Positions 25,881 to 40,399 of a stretch of DNA of 64,000 bases are shown here, one piece after another (within the stretch, counting starts at the first letter, position 1; the number at the start of each line of letters is the position of its first letter). The position numbers were made by a program, and so were the translations under genes. Below the pieces are notes generated by a model that was not told where the DNA came from, made no database searches, and saw only the letters and a list, made by a program, of their open reading frames with translations. Source of the stretch: Octopus sinensis (Eukaryota); NCBI RefSeq assembly GCF_006345805.1, contig NC_043004.1, positions 36,270,001 through 36,334,000 on the forward strand, written 5' to 3'.

Positions 25881-28800
25881 TCATCCATGGTTACACTCGT
25901 TTACTGCGTCGACAGTCAACATGTATGTATGCATGTACGAATGTATATATCTATAAATGTATGAATGTATGTATGTATATTGCTTGCGATGTGCTTCAAG
26001 CCTTGAGATTTTGTTAATACCAAATCCCACAATGGAACGCTCTCTCCTATGATAAGAAAAAGATTATATTTAACATTTGAAGTTATTTTGCCTTATACTT
26101 AGTTGTCTAATAATGCAGTTAACTAATTATTTAGCGTGCAAATCATTAACTAACTAGTATCATGTAACCCAATATAAATCTTGTTACACTAACATAGCGA
26201 TTTTTATAATACAAATTTTATTTAAAATTGATAACGCACACAATTGTAAATAGACATAGAATACAGTATATCAAATGGAATAACAAACTAATTTCCAAGA
26301 TAAATAGTCACAAAATTCAGTTACGGCACGTAATAATTAGTTACGTTAATTAGCAAAATGACTCTAATAATATTTATTCAGTAGCGTTTGATATAAACCC
26401 TACGCGGCCATATTTGAATTTAAATACTTTGACTGTGACCATTAGAAACTTTGTTTCTGAAGTGAAACATCTGGTTAAACAACTGTTATATAGTGGCGAC
26501 TACTATCCACCATCACGGGGAGAAATCCCTTTCAGATAGAAAATATTGTCATTGGCTAACAAAATCTATTTGAACATTTTGAGTAACATAACTTCATTTT
26601 CAAGCGAGTGTTAAAAATATATCAGAAACTGGAACAAAAATCGCGTTTGTTGTAATTATGTGAAAGTGTTAGCATCTATAAATCATGCATGGAATATGAT
26701 AGCGAAGAAGAAGAGAATTCTTAGGGGACGTCATTATTACAAAATTAGAGTAACTAAAGTTGTTTCCTGTAGTAGACAACATCTTTTTAGGTTATACTCA
26801 TCATGTGTTTTGCTGGCGATTAGTCTCTTGTTTTATATTTTTCACCAATTATTTACTGTATAGGTTTTCTATATTTTACTGGCATTGTTAAAACAAGGAA
26901 AGTCAAATGGTGCAAAAAAATCTGTATTCATTGTTTTTTCCTTTTTTAGCTAAATTTATTTGTGTTATAATTTGCGTTCGTTTTAATTACAATAAATGTT
27001 CGTTTATTTAATAGTGTTGCGTCTAGGGAATCGAATTTGTCGCCAAGAAAAGTCTTTCATCATCTTTTCTTTGTGAAATTCTTATTTTCAGAATTACTGT
27101 TAGACATGTAGAACCATATTGTCACAGAATCTGTCTTTGGACTCATAACAAATTCAGAGAAGAAAAAAACTGTTGTTCTTGTCCAATAAATCTTTCATAT
27201 TTTGGATAAGGAATTTCCAGTCAGACAGCTGTAATGTGGTGCGCACTTGCGGCTTACTACTCTCTGGCACATATTTTTTTATCAATTCTGGCGCACATCG
27301 GCGATAGGTTATAGCACAGATACTATTTTTCATAGTTATTCCGTTTACTACTTCAAGCAAGACACAGTTTATGCAGATGGTGCCACCTTTCATCTCTCCT
27401 TAACTTTTTGAACGAAGACATCATTCACATGCAAACCAAGGTTGAAGAGAAATCTTGAAAACCTCTTTTAGGGGCATAACACACCAATCAGCATCATAGG
27501 AAGCATAAACAGTTCACATAATAAGAATCAGTCCAATATTACTATTTTCTTTTTCTTTACAATTAAGTATCTAAAGTTCTCAAAGAGCTTACAAATGGTA
27601 TGATTCATAATTTCTAACGATCAGTCTTGATGATCTTACATTTATGAAGACTGTAAAAACTGTAATATAGAAATTAGATTTCCTCTTCAGAAAGCAAAGA
27701 CGCATCACTTCTGTCCAGTTTCTTATTAAGTTTAAAATTTGAGACCTACATTAGAGAACTGCTCACATATCAGAGACGTTAGTTAAGTTACACTTACATC
27801 CTAATAAAGGGCAATCAGACGATTGATGACTATTCACTCACCACTACAGTAACAGGCAGTTTTGCTACTTCGTCTAGTTGTCCCTTCTACCGCATGTCTC
27901 AGCAACTCTGCTCGTTTCAACTACACAGCCTGCATACAGATTTCTATCGAATCTATTTAAGGCATTTGTCTCTTCTTTCGTTATCTCAACTACAAACCCG
28001 AATAGCACCCATAATATTTTACCCAGCCATTGTCCCCTCTAAAACTGCTCCCTAATAACAATTCCTTTCTCTCAAACATTACTCAACCGTTATCAGACAA
28101 CACAAGTTCAAACTTGTATTCAAAAAATTAAGTTTACATTCTAAAACCTATTTAGTAATATTTCTTTCATTTTCATTCAGTCTTTCTTTGAATTATATTC
28201 TTACACATATATTACACTAAAAAATTCCTTGAAAATTCTGTTGGCTATCTTTAAAGTATTAAAAATTGAGGGGTTCGATCTATTGACTCTTTCTACGTTC
28301 CATTGTCATATATGACCATTTTGCTTGGTTAACCCCAACAATGGTGTCTTATTTATAATAGCTACGAATGAATTTGTAGCCTTCTGTAGACTGAATTATG
28401 TAAGGACCGTATAGCTGCGCTATGGTTCTGTTGAGCGGAGACTACAATATACATTAGATTAAGTTGATTATTTCGTTTCATTTATTTAAAGATTCAACCG
28501 ATAAATAGGAGAAGGTTGGGCTCTGTCAGGTAGGTATGCTTCGCATTCCATCAGTGATAATTCTGATGGCTCATAAAATTCTCTGGGACAGATTCATTTT
28601 CATCGCATAAAATATTGGTACTTCAGAATACTAGCAGCTGCAGATTATAAAATATGGAGACAGAATCTACCGAGACAATCAGCAGAAATATTTTATAATT
28701 GGCGAATTATTACTTCTGAGTTCAAATATTTCATGGACTAGTGGAATAGAATAGAATATTCTCCCAACATATCTTAAATAATATTAAAATGAAATTTTAG

Positions 28801-29865
28801 TGGCGTCTCAACGGTGGAGCCGTTCACGGAGTATTATTTTATGGATTTCTATAACCGTTTGCCTCTTTGCTTCTCTATTGCAATTATGGCTTTAGCTAAT
28901 ATCTACTCTACGTCTCCATCCTATTAATCTCTCGCGAGACAGCAGTAGTGACGAGATACAAGCAGTGAGGTAATTGGCTTCAAACTGGCTGATCAGATTG
29001 GCAAGCAGACCAGATGTGAGGTCGAAGTAGTGTGGAAGGAAAAGTTGGCGGGAGAGGAAAAAGCAGTGGCTTGTAACGCAGTAGTCGGCAACATTTATTA
29101 CGGCTAGTATTAAGTATGGCCAAATAATTTTGTATCACTACAAACAAAAGTAATCATATTTGGATGAAGTCCATGAAAGAAATTTATTATCTAACCTAGA
29201 CAAACCACTTTTACACACATTATCATTAAAATGCAATAAAGAACACGATGTTATTGTCTGTTTATTGAACTGACGTGCTTTGGCTAACAAAAGCAAGAAG
29301 TATCAAGAAGATTTACATTCATAAATGTGTTTCGGATATATGGATTTGAGAAGAGTGGCTGCCTGGCGAAACCGCTGATATTCCTGGCATTCGAATCGTA
29401 GATTCCCTTCTGTCTGAAGAGTACAATAAACCTTGCGCTATGTAATCAAGAATTATATACTCCATGGTATATTTAGCTTGTGTTTGATAGGCCTCCGTCT
29501 ATCACAACTCAAATTAACTCCTTAATCTCTTCATTTGTTTAATATTTCACCACAAAACAGTTAATCAACAACAGATTAATGAGTATCTTAACCAAACTGC
29601 AACAGAATTATCTGACATGACGAAAACGTGATTATAAGAGATTCCGTTTGTTCTTAGAATCACTTTCGCACAATTTAATTGTTTCCGTTTCCGCATAACT
29701 TTTCAGAAGAAGTCATTTGATAAAAACGTACAACTCCCGAACCTGCGTTTAATATTATCAAGATATATGTGCGATGGATGAGGGAAAGAATTTAATGTTC
29801 AAATCAAATATGACAATAGATTCATTTCAATAATAACAATTCAAATATTTACAATGCTCAGTGAG

Positions 29866-30035
29866 AAGTCGATTACATCGACTTCAGTGTTCAACTAGAA
29901 CTTACTTTATCGACCCCGAAAGTAGAAAGGCATAGTCGACTGCGATGGAATTTGAGTTCAGGACATAAAGACGGACAAGACGCCACTAAGCATTTTGCCC
30001 GGCATCTAAAAAATTCTGCCGCTTGGCTGCCTTAA
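29866..30035 (-). mobile_element. SINE family A copy (degenerate)
   Basis: AAGTCGATTACATCGAC..TTTATCGACCCCGAAAG..GGAATTTGAGTTCAG..CTAAGCATTTTGCCCGGC. Confidence 0.75.
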
Positions 30036-30286
30036 AACGTAGTAATAATAAAACTCTAATTCATTCAATTTTCACATTTTTAATAAATATTTGTTCCAGA
30101 TAGAAGCCCTAACTCTTCATCTCGTTATCCAGCAATTTATGCGCCACGCTAGGTTCGACTTTGAATATAAGAAGATATTCACAAACTACAATCTAAAGGA
30201 TAAGGAGAGATATAACGATGCATCGCTCTGAGATTCTGAGTTTGTTTACCAAACAGAAATGTAATATTTTATATATATATCAGAAG

Positions 30287-30497
30287 TCGGTGAGCTGGCA
30301 GAATCGTTATCACACCGAACGAAGTACTAAGGGGCATTTCGTCCGTCTTTACGTGCTGAGTTCAAATTCCGCTGAGTTCGACTTTGCGTTTCATCCTTCG
30401 GAGATCGACAAAATACGTACCAGCCGAGTGTTGGGGTCGATGTAATCGACTTGGCCCTCCACCGAAGCTGTCGACCTTATGCCAAATTATGAAATCA
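30287..30497 (+). mobile_element. SINE family A copy
   Basis: GTCGGTGAGCTGGCAGAATCGTTA..TGAGTTCAAATTCCGC..GGGGTCGATGTAATCGACT. Confidence 0.8.
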
Positions 30498-31584
30498 ATA
30501 TTATACATGTCAGTCAAAAGTTTAACATTTTGTATACCGCACACAGGTTAATACTTTGATGCCGAACAGTGGTTAATATGTTGTATAGCGTAAAAAAGTT
30601 TATTATTTTTTATAGCCGAAAATGTTTAATACTTTCTTTCTGCTGAGTCATCATGAACGCAAATATTTTAATGAGTCTGGAGAAGAATTGATTAGACAAA
30701 TCAAAATGACTTTGTTGATTCAGTACTGGGCGGAGCTACATTATACATTTGGATATTTATTTCTACTTGGCTACCATGTTTTTAATTGGAAGGTTCGTTA
30801 ATATTTCATGTCGTTAACTGGTCACAAACGATAATTTTACCTGTAGATGAAGATAAAGAGTCTATTTTAAATCCAGATAAGTTTAGATGGAGTAGTTTCA
30901 TGAATGTACCTCTGATCGTCACAAAATGATCATTTCTTTAATTCTACTGGAACAATAAGAACACGAAACTGTATTCTTAAAAATATCTTTTTAAACAATA
31001 TTTCCGAAATTTCATTTTAAATGTGTTAATTTCCCTAGTTTAGTCCAAGTAACAGTCAGCAACGTTCGGGCAATTTATTTTCTTTGAATTTTATTACTTA
31101 TTTTTACATTATTACCATTTTACACATTGCCAAGCAATTATCTATCAACCACTTAGAGAAGCCATTAAGAATTATGAATTGCTAATAGCTTTCTCCGCTC
31201 TGATGACGTAATCGTTCAGAAATATTCCTCTCAATCACCATTCATCAACAAAGTCTATCTACTTCTCGTTTAGTTACAGCAATCTCAAACTGATGAATAA
31301 ATTACACAGCCAGCTCAGAAATGTGTGCAGGTGCACAAACCGATACACAATTACGTGTGTAGATATATATATGTGAAACGAGCCAATATAGAAACTTCTA
31401 TGAAGTCACATAGTCTGCTTGTAATAGCAGCTAAATAACCCTAATATCACACATACCGTCTTGAGAAAGAAAGACACATTGATAGTCCTGTCTAAATATT
31501 TGCTACCAAAGGAGTCGGTTAGAATAGGGTTGGATCGGGGGAGAGGTTAACAATCAAAAACATTTATGTATGTACAATGTGTTT

Positions 31585-31626
<42 letters not shown>

Positions 31627-31753
31627 TTGTGGTGTATGTGTGTGAATGCGCGCGTGTGTGTATGTGTGTGAATGTGTGTGTGTGTGTGGTGTGTGTGTGT
31701 ACACTTTTTATGTAGTGGCTATAAGAATGATATATTTATACATATGTTTATAT

Positions 31754-31840
<87 letters not shown>

Positions 31841-32400
31841 ACATATGTAAGTATGCATATATGTACCTGCATACATGTGTATGTGTGAGTTGCTGTGATC
31901 ACCATATGTATGTGTTTATACACATATTTGTATAGCTGATATATATATATATATACAGAGAGAGAGAGAGAGAGAGAGCTATATGAGTGTGTATGTGTAC
32001 ATACTACAGGCTAAACTTGTGGAATGTCTTACAATTATTGCTAGTTTCATTAATGGGTTGTAATTATAATTATATAATTAGCCGTGTATTTTCTGGCTCT
32101 CAGCTTCTCGAGGTCGGTACTGAAGTACTTAGTGACATATCTAACTAACCCAGTAATCATAAATATAAATCTAGAAATATTATTTTGGCTGCAGCAGTGG
32201 CGGATTTCCCATTATACATCGATAGAAACACACATACGCACGGGCAAACAGACAGATAGGCAGTCAGACAGACAGATTTATGTATGGAGGAGATAAATAG
32301 GAAATGTGAGCTTCTTCATATATTCATTCGTGGTTGTTCATGGCGCCAACCACTAATGACTACAATTACAATAAGGCCTTGTAAACATTTCAGTGACACT

Positions 32401-32575
32401 TCAACAGAATCTGATATATTTTACTGACGATTGTGCTTCAAGTGTTGAGATGGATAGTAGACTAGGTGCGGTGTGAAGAACCTGCTCTGACTGCCGCGTA
32501 GATGGACGTCTTGAAATCACGTATATTAACATAAATGACGTGATGTGCGGATTACCAAGTGTGGTTCTACGAGCT
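32401..32575 (-). other. Candidate terminal coding exon of an unidentified gene
   Basis: On the minus strand a pyrimidine tract plus CAG is followed by an open, non-repetitive frame ..RRTTLGNPHITSFMLIYVISRRPSTRQSEQVLHTAPSLLSISTLEAQSSVKYIRFC*. No homology recognised. Confidence 0.2.
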
Positions 32576-33011
32576 GCCGACAAGGAAGGATCGATAGATA
32601 TACAGAGAGTAGTGTTAAAGATTTTTCAAACTGTTATGCATTTATAACAATTCATATTTACATCTTATTGTTGCTAACGATGTATACACATACACACACA
32701 CACACATCATGATGTATATATGATTCGAAATGGGACAAGAACGCAAAACATCCAGATTAATGATACAAAGAAAGGGTCATTCGGCGTTTTCTTTTCTCAG
32801 TCGAGTTCCAGATTATCTTTGCAATTTCGGCTGGTTATACTCGAGGTTGCTCCAATCTTAGGAAAAACTAAGCTAACATTAGATTCCTTGGAAGAAAGCA
32901 GCGAATGTATATTTATAACGAAAGGAGTACAGACTTGCATGCAAGTAGACTATAGAAATATAGTTCAAATAAGATAGTTACTCAAAAAAAGTACACAATA
33001 ACTTGATAGAT

Positions 33012-33340
33012 GTCAGACTGGCACTCCGTTGGTTACGACGAGGAGTGCTCTAGTTGATCCGATCAACGGAACAACCTGCTCGTGAAATAAACGTGCAAGC
33101 GGCTGAGCACTCCACAGATACACATACTCTGAACGTAATTATCAGGGATATTCAGCGTGACAGAAATCTGACGAAGCTAACCCACTTTGAATTACAGGTA
33201 TTGCTCATTTTTGCCAGCTGAGGGGACTGAAGCAGCGTAAAATAAAATGTCTTGCTCAAGGACTTAATGCGCCACCGGGAACCTAACCCACGTCCTTACA
33301 ACTGTGAGCCGAATCCCTTTAACCATTAGGTCACGTGACT
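33012..33340 (+). mobile_element. SINE family C copy
   Basis: GGCACTCCGTTGGTTACGACG..TTGATCCGATCAACGGAAC..CTCGTGAAAT..GCTGAGCACTCCACAGA..TTTGCCAGCTGAG; reverse-complement match to 63772-63985. Confidence 0.8.
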
Positions 33341-34273
33341 TCTCTAGTCTGTAGTCGCTACAAATACTGTCTGTGTGAATTAAACAAACGGAAAGAATGT
33401 TCGTCGACACACACACACACACATACACAAATATTCACACTCATATACTCATATTCCACCTTATTTTGTCATTGATTTCTAAAATACGCACAAGGCCACA
33501 GTGTATTAGGGCGCAGGGTAGGAGGTGTAGATTCGACTAAATCGACATTGATATTTAGCTGACATTTATTTTAACGAAACTGGAAAAGATGAAGAAGTGC
33601 ATGTGACATGATAGGAATTCAGTATATAAATTGCCACAGGGTCTTTTGTTCGATCCTCTGGTGAACCTGCTAATCTATAAACTCACTGAGTTGCTGTTAG
33701 TTCTAGCAGAATAGCCTTGCGTTTCTGTTATGGTTAAGTTGTTTACTAATACATACGACATTGCTAACATAGTATTTATAGCTTTATCATCGTCACATAG
33801 TATAGAACTAGTACAAGAAGAATTGATGGAACGTCGGAGATAAGACCGAGCGGTATCTATTTCGCTGGTTACGTTCCAACTTCAGTTTTACTGTTCAACT
33901 CTTTTAGGATCAAAGCAGTAAACTATCAGTAAAATAGTTGGGTAGATCCATTTCATTTGCAATCTGTGCGTTACCATGCAATGGACTACTATACTACACC
34001 TCCTCATCTTAAATTCCTTCGGCTCTGACTGCCTCTCTTAAAAATTATTATCTCGCTCTAACACCTTGACGCCAACACAATACCCACAGCAAGTACGTAC
34101 ATAGGCTAGAATTCAGAGCACATAGAAGCGCACGCTATCATTCACTTACACATATACACCCACGTGTTTCCGTTCACTCATACACGAACTCCCTCTCCTC
34201 TCTCCCCATCCTCCCCCCTCTCTCCGCTCCCTTTCCCCTCTCCCTTTCCCCTCTCCTTCTCTCTTTCTAAAAG

Positions 34274-34327
34274 CATGCCTTCATGGAAATGAATCACGCA
34301 AACGACCTAGATCAGTACAATACGATG
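34274..34327 (+). other. Candidate exon (possibly first coding exon) of an unidentified host gene
   Basis: Follows a long CT tract. ATG at 34283 opens MEMNHANDLDQYNTM, which ends exactly at a consensus donor ATG|GTGAGT (34327/34328, phase 0). Confidence 0.35.
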
Positions 34328-34551
34328 GTGAGTGTTGAAGTGGTGAAGATTAAGGACTAAAAACCATGCAGTGTTTCGTTCGACTGGAGAAATATATAGA
34401 GAGAAATAGGAATTTGTGTCTGGAGAAAGTGCTAGGTCCAATCACTCAGTTCTAAAGAGACACACAACTTGAATTTGAAGACCTAACATAGTTAATGGGG
34501 ACAGAGAGTCCGGGATCAGTGTGGAACAACACATCGCGATTGCAGGGTTTT

Positions 34552-34676
34552 GAAGAAGAAGAAGAAGAAGAAGAAGAAGAAGAAGAAGAAGAAGAAGAAG
34601 AAGAAGAAGAAGAAGGAGAAGGAGGAGGAGGAGAAGAAGAGGAAGAAAAGAAATAATAATAATAATAATAATCTCA
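34552..34676. repeat. (GAA)n/(GAG)n/(AAT)n microsatellite
   Basis: Directly visible; source of the poly-K and poly-L ORFs. Confidence 0.95.
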
Positions 34677-36477
34677 CATTTTCCTGTCGGCGTCAACGGA
34701 GCTATTCTAAAAGGAACGTTAACGCCATCAATTTCACTTACGTCATGGGGTGGGGGAAAGATGATGGACTCAACCAGTTAGAACAGAACCAAAATGAATA
34801 TCAGAACAAATTCTTTAAAGCTATAATTTTGTAGACGTTTCAAGATTTACAACTATAACGTTGTAGCAAGCTTCCTACCCTCCACCCCGCACTTCACTTG
34901 TCTCCGTATTTCCAAATGAATCTCTTTATTGTTTTTTTTTATCAATTCAAGAGTTCCTTGAAATGCTTTAAGTTTTTGAAAATTATTTTTACGCCAGACA
35001 CTCAAGTATATTGTTTAAGAGATCATAACCGTGCAATCGAGTCTGATTCCGTGAGATTTATAATTCTTCTAAAACTATAAACTATAAGCGAGGAACAACT
35101 GAGGAGAAATTAATCTTTTACGTGAATTTATTTTCCAAAGCAAAGCTTTGGATTATTGGCTTAACAAAGACTATTATTATATTAATTGCTAAACGCGACT
35201 AATTAACATCTTAATATAGTAACAAACAATTGCTAAATCTTTGATACATTATAAGATATGACAAACATGTTTCATGAACAAATATAAGCTCACATCACTG
35301 AAATGCAAAGAAAAACAAAGAACTATATTGAAAAGATTTGTCTCTTTGGAAGTGGTTTGTTGAAATTACTAACGATAGCAATAGATTATTAAAGGTACTC
35401 TTGATCAGCGAAGAAAGGTTTTAATTTGAGACGGACTGTTGCAAATATCTTCTCCCGTAATATTAATATATCGATGAGTAAATTCGATTTAGAAAGCTGT
35501 CCTTTCATCGTAGAAATAAAAAAGATAGCAGTCATCAATAATGATCAGTTGCATGAAATTCAAAAATTAGTTTTCTTTTGCTTGACAACTTGTATTCTTT
35601 ATCTTTCAAAGGACCAAATTCTTCTCAATATCTACATCAACGCTCACCGAAGACGTTATCACTAACAACTGCACACACTATTTGAAATTTATCAAATCGA
35701 TATCAACATGTTCAGAATATGAGCATATTCTTTTTCTTCAATTCTACATGCTTAAAAATTTTATCGAAATTGAGATCAAAGAAAATTTTGTCGGTCCAAT
35801 TCTCTAATAGATGTCTTCAGCACGTCTCATGAACATTTACAAATATAGAATTATTTCAAAATTAATTCTATGTAGTTTACAGTATGAAAGTCACTTAGAT
35901 CTTTCATTAATAGATTCACTAAAAAGTTATATGAATAATTGATTGCATGTAATGAATTTAGTAGAGATGAACTCATTAGGGAAAATCGCATAATATTTTC
36001 ACACACACACACACACATAAAATGGATACATGCAAATACAATGAACAAAAAGACAACAGGAGGAACATCGCTTAGTGTTAATATGGTGCTAGTTTAACTT
36101 TTATAGGAAAAAGAGGAAGTGATTTAACGTTTCAGACTTTAGACCATCATCTATTCTTCGTGTGTATATATATATATATATATATATGGTTTAGATTCGG
36201 TTGAATTAGGTATATAAATTGAGGCACGGTGTTAGGTCGATCTAGTTTGCACACTCTAACAATATCACGTGAATATCAGACACTGTGCAGAAGTGTTTGC
36301 ACTTTGATATTATTGCAGTGTATGCAGTATGCAGATAATACGACGCAACTTAGTGATGGGATCTGCTCTTGGCTGTTCAGATATGTACTTTATATAAAAA
36401 TTCAAAAATACTTTCTACAGAATTTCCGAAGTGCAGATTCCAGGGTAGGGGAATAAAATATAAATGAGTAACAAAGA

Positions 36478-38310
36478 CGTACAGGTGTCAATTCATTACG
36501 GCCGTTTCATGCGACTCCTTTAATCGATTAATGAAAACACTACATTATTGCAAAGAAACCGTTTTCATCAGATGACTGTATAGATTTCGCACACAAAGGA
36601 CAAATCAACAGATTTGACGAATTCATATCACCAACGGAGCTCAAATATGAAAGAAGAAGAAGGATAGGAAGAGCTAATGATATTTATTTTGATTGCCATC
36701 TTAAAGGGGAAGGCAAAGAAAAAGCTAAAGGAATAAACATTATAAATTAGGGGTGGAAGATTAGTACAGAGAATAAAGGAAGCAGCACATTGCAACATAG
36801 CATATTTAATTTTAGATCAAGATATATTTAAATATTGGTATACATATATTTTAGTTTTATCTTGTATTTATAATAATATTCCGGCTATAACCTTTTCTAT
36901 ATACCAATAAAAATCTTTATATTGTATTTTATATTGTATCCTTCCTTGTATCTTTTTACATCATTTTTAATACGTTCGTTTAAAAAATTTGTTTTAAAAA
37001 CATTTTCTTATCATTTATAATTTTTTATATTTTATATTTTCATATTTTATGCCTTTCTATACCCTTTTATATATTTTTCATGGTTTTTACAGTTTACACT
37101 ATTACATATATTTTTTAATTACACATATATCTTGTATATATTTTTATAGCTTTTATAGCTTATAAATTTGTGGTGATTTATACTTTTTTCGTAAAAGTCA
37201 CTGTATATTGTAATCTTTTCTTTTTATTTTATATTCTTTAATTATACATGATATTCATTATGAAATTACAGGACTAAATTTATTTAAATCTTGCATCTGA
37301 ATGTACTCCTTTATATATTTAATATTTCTAATTTACTTAACCTATACATTGGGTCTCATTTCTGACTATATACTATCTTTCCCCACCTGTATTCGACTGG
37401 AATGTGTTTAATATCAGTTTAATTGCATACTATAAGTATCTATTTATAGTATAAACATTTCTGTTATACATTCATCATATAATATTTTACCAGGATCTTC
37501 TATACACTACATTTATGAAAAGTCTTAATATTTCCATTATATCTTAAAGTTTTTATATCTTAAAATTTTAAAGTTTAACTTCTAGCCTTCATCTACATAT
37601 TTAATTTAACATTATAAATATGCAAAGTTGCAATGTGCCCCTTCCCTTATTCTCTCTACTTATCTTCCACACCTAATTTCTAATACTTATTCCTTTAGTT
37701 TTTTCTTTACTTTCCACTTTAAGATGGCAATCAAAATAAATATCATTAACTCTTCCTATCCTTCTTCCTTCCAACTATCACCCCTCCCCCATCAGGAATT
37801 CCTCCTTGTTTTACCATCCCAAGCCTTACCCTTTAATGTAGACATAGCTGCGTATAAGGTTCCAGTACTCGGATAATCTTGTAAGTAATCATGACAGTAA
37901 TTAATTTATCATCTTTGTCTGGAATATAGCCACAACTCCCAAAAGATTTCATTTTCGATGATTAAAGACTACGTTCCCCCTATTGTCTCCAAAGTCTAGG
38001 TAACTAGGTCACTACTCTCAATTATTTTCCCTCTCCCACTATAACTTCTACTAACCTCTAAATTCTTGTAGATTCGACACTACATTGACTGTTTTTCTAA
38101 ACTCATTCTGCCAAAGATACAACAGCAGAATCAAGGTAAATATTTTAGCTCTAACGATGATACGAATATGTTGAAGCAGTTGGTTTGTCCTTTGTGTGTG
38201 AAGTCTATGCAGTCATCTGATGAAAACGGTTTCTTGGTAATGATGTAAAGTTCTTATTAATCAGTTAAAGGAGTCGCTTGAAACGGCCGTAATGAATTGA
38301 CAACTGTACA
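36478..38310. mobile_element. Old inverted-repeat element with HHR-like motifs in both arms (Penelope pLTR-like)
   Basis: 36478-36645 is a diverged reverse complement of ~38140-38310, and 36650-36810 of ~37610-37775. CTGATGA..GAAACGGCCGTA lies at 36493-36575 (-) and 38213-38295 (+). Confidence 0.7.
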
Positions 38311-38499
38311 CTGCTCCGACCATTCGTTTTAGCTAATTTTAACTTGAGGCAAACTCATCTTCTTATAGTTACCGTAGAGGAGTAAAAATGTATTCCAATG
38401 TAATGGACTGTTAAGGAACAGAGCTATTCAGTTTCGTGGATATATTTTCCAGTGATTAAGTTTTATTTCAAAATATCAAATATATATTTTTAAGTCTAC

Positions 38500-38561
<62 letters not shown>

Positions 38562-38562
38562 T

Positions 38563-38675
38563 ATAGGTGCAGGAGTGGTTGTGCGGTAAGTAGCTTGCTT
38601 ACCAACATGGTTCCGGGTTCGTCCCACTGCGTGGCACCTTAGGCAAATATCTTCTATTATAGACTTGGGCCGACT
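38563..38675 (+). mobile_element. SINE family B, 3'-truncated
   Basis: ATAGGTGCAGGAGTGG..GGTAAGTAGCTTGCTTACCAAC..GGTTCCGGGTTC..CCCACTGCGTGGCACCTT. Confidence 0.85.
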
Positions 38676-40145
38676 ATCAATTTATCTTGACTGACTACTA
38701 ACTGGTACACTTTTCCTCTCTTCATCTCTTTATTATCTCTCTCCTTGCTTTTCTTTTTTCTTTTTTTTCCTTATTCCTCTCTTTCTGTTTTCGATTTGAC
38801 CTTACAAATACATTCCCTATTTTTAGGTCACTTTAAATAAACACTCGATTCAATGGCACTATGTACAAACTCTTTACTTGGAATAGCCAATTTTAAATAC
38901 TATTGGAATTTACACGCAAGGTACTGGAATCTTATATGTATACCATTCTGCCTAAATAATTGATCTACAAATGCAATATCCCTGCATATCTCACACCTAT
39001 TTTCATTCCTCCACTTCACTCCCTATTTCATATCTTATCTAAATACTGTCTTCGACGAAGGGACATAGAAAATATCCCGGAAACAGCTGTAAGACCTATT
39101 TATAAATGTTCTAAAATCTTCGCAGCCTTGGTTTTTTTATCTCATTCCAAAAAATATATATATATCTGTGTGTGTGTGTGTCTGTATAGATGGATAGAGA
39201 GATAGATTCAAAAATGCACACACACTCACATACATATGTGCGTGTATGTATGTATGTATGTATGTATGTATGTATGTATGTATGTATGTATGCATGTATG
39301 CATGTATGCATGTATGCATGTATGCATGTATGTGTGTGCCTATGTGTGTGTGTATGTGTGTGTGTGTGTATGTGTATGTGTGTGTGTGTATGTATGTATG
39401 TATAACGTGTTTGAAATGGTGTACAGATATTTTATATTGAGAAAAAGGAAGCAGTCAGAATTTTGGATAATTCTTTATTAGCCCTTTCGTTATATAACTA
39501 TATATGTATATATGTATATATACATATATACATACATACATATAATCAAAATTGTAGATAGTTTATAGACAGTTACTTATATCCAACTGACTACTCCTAA
39601 TGTCTTATTTCCTCCCCGAGGAAAAAGGGATGCATATGATAATATTTATGACTATACCTAGCCATGACCTGTCAACTCACTTTTGTCCGTTATTCAAAAT
39701 AGACACAGTTTTCTAGTCTTAGATTTAGTAGCTGATAAAGAGATAAATGAATTAGAAATGAATTACAATCCCTTATAACATTATGACCCCACCAGTCTTC
39801 ATGCGATTCTTTGCAAATGTAGTCTATTCCTAACTACAATAGCGACAACATGAATTTCTTCCATCTTCTTGCTCTGTTAAAATATTTTTTAAAAATTATA
39901 TTAATGTGTCCTACTTGTTAAAATTCTATTTATTTATTTGTACAGCTGAAAATGGCACTGCATTTAAATTGATGTAATGATGTAATAAATGGAGCCGCTT
40001 GAAATGGCTACACTGCATCATTACTTGATATCCTGTTGCTTATTTTGATTTTATTCACCTTACTTCGAACTGTGCAGATAATACCGGATTGAGTTGGTGC
40101 TTCAACTTAAGTACCTAATTCAACTGAATCCCAATTATATATATA

Positions 40146-40192
<47 letters not shown>

Positions 40193-40399
40193 AGAGGAAA
40201 AAATAATAAGGCAGAAAGCTAAATTCAAAGTAAATTTTAATAAAAATGGGTGTATGAAAAATTAAAAATGAAGAAAGAAATCTAATCGTCTTTCATTGCA
40301 AGGAAAATTTTCAAGATTTGGAAGGACAAAAAATTTTTTTTAAATTGAGGAAGGTTAAAAAAGGAAATTTACAATGTTATATATATATATATATATACA

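Noticed and set aside
27100-27420. Penelope GIY-YIG remnant (YRRCAPELIKKYVPE..KCAPHYS)
   Set aside because: The resemblance is too weak to support without a profile search.
32418-32530. HHR from CTGACGA..GAAATCACGTA
   Set aside because: No stem I or stem II complementarity.
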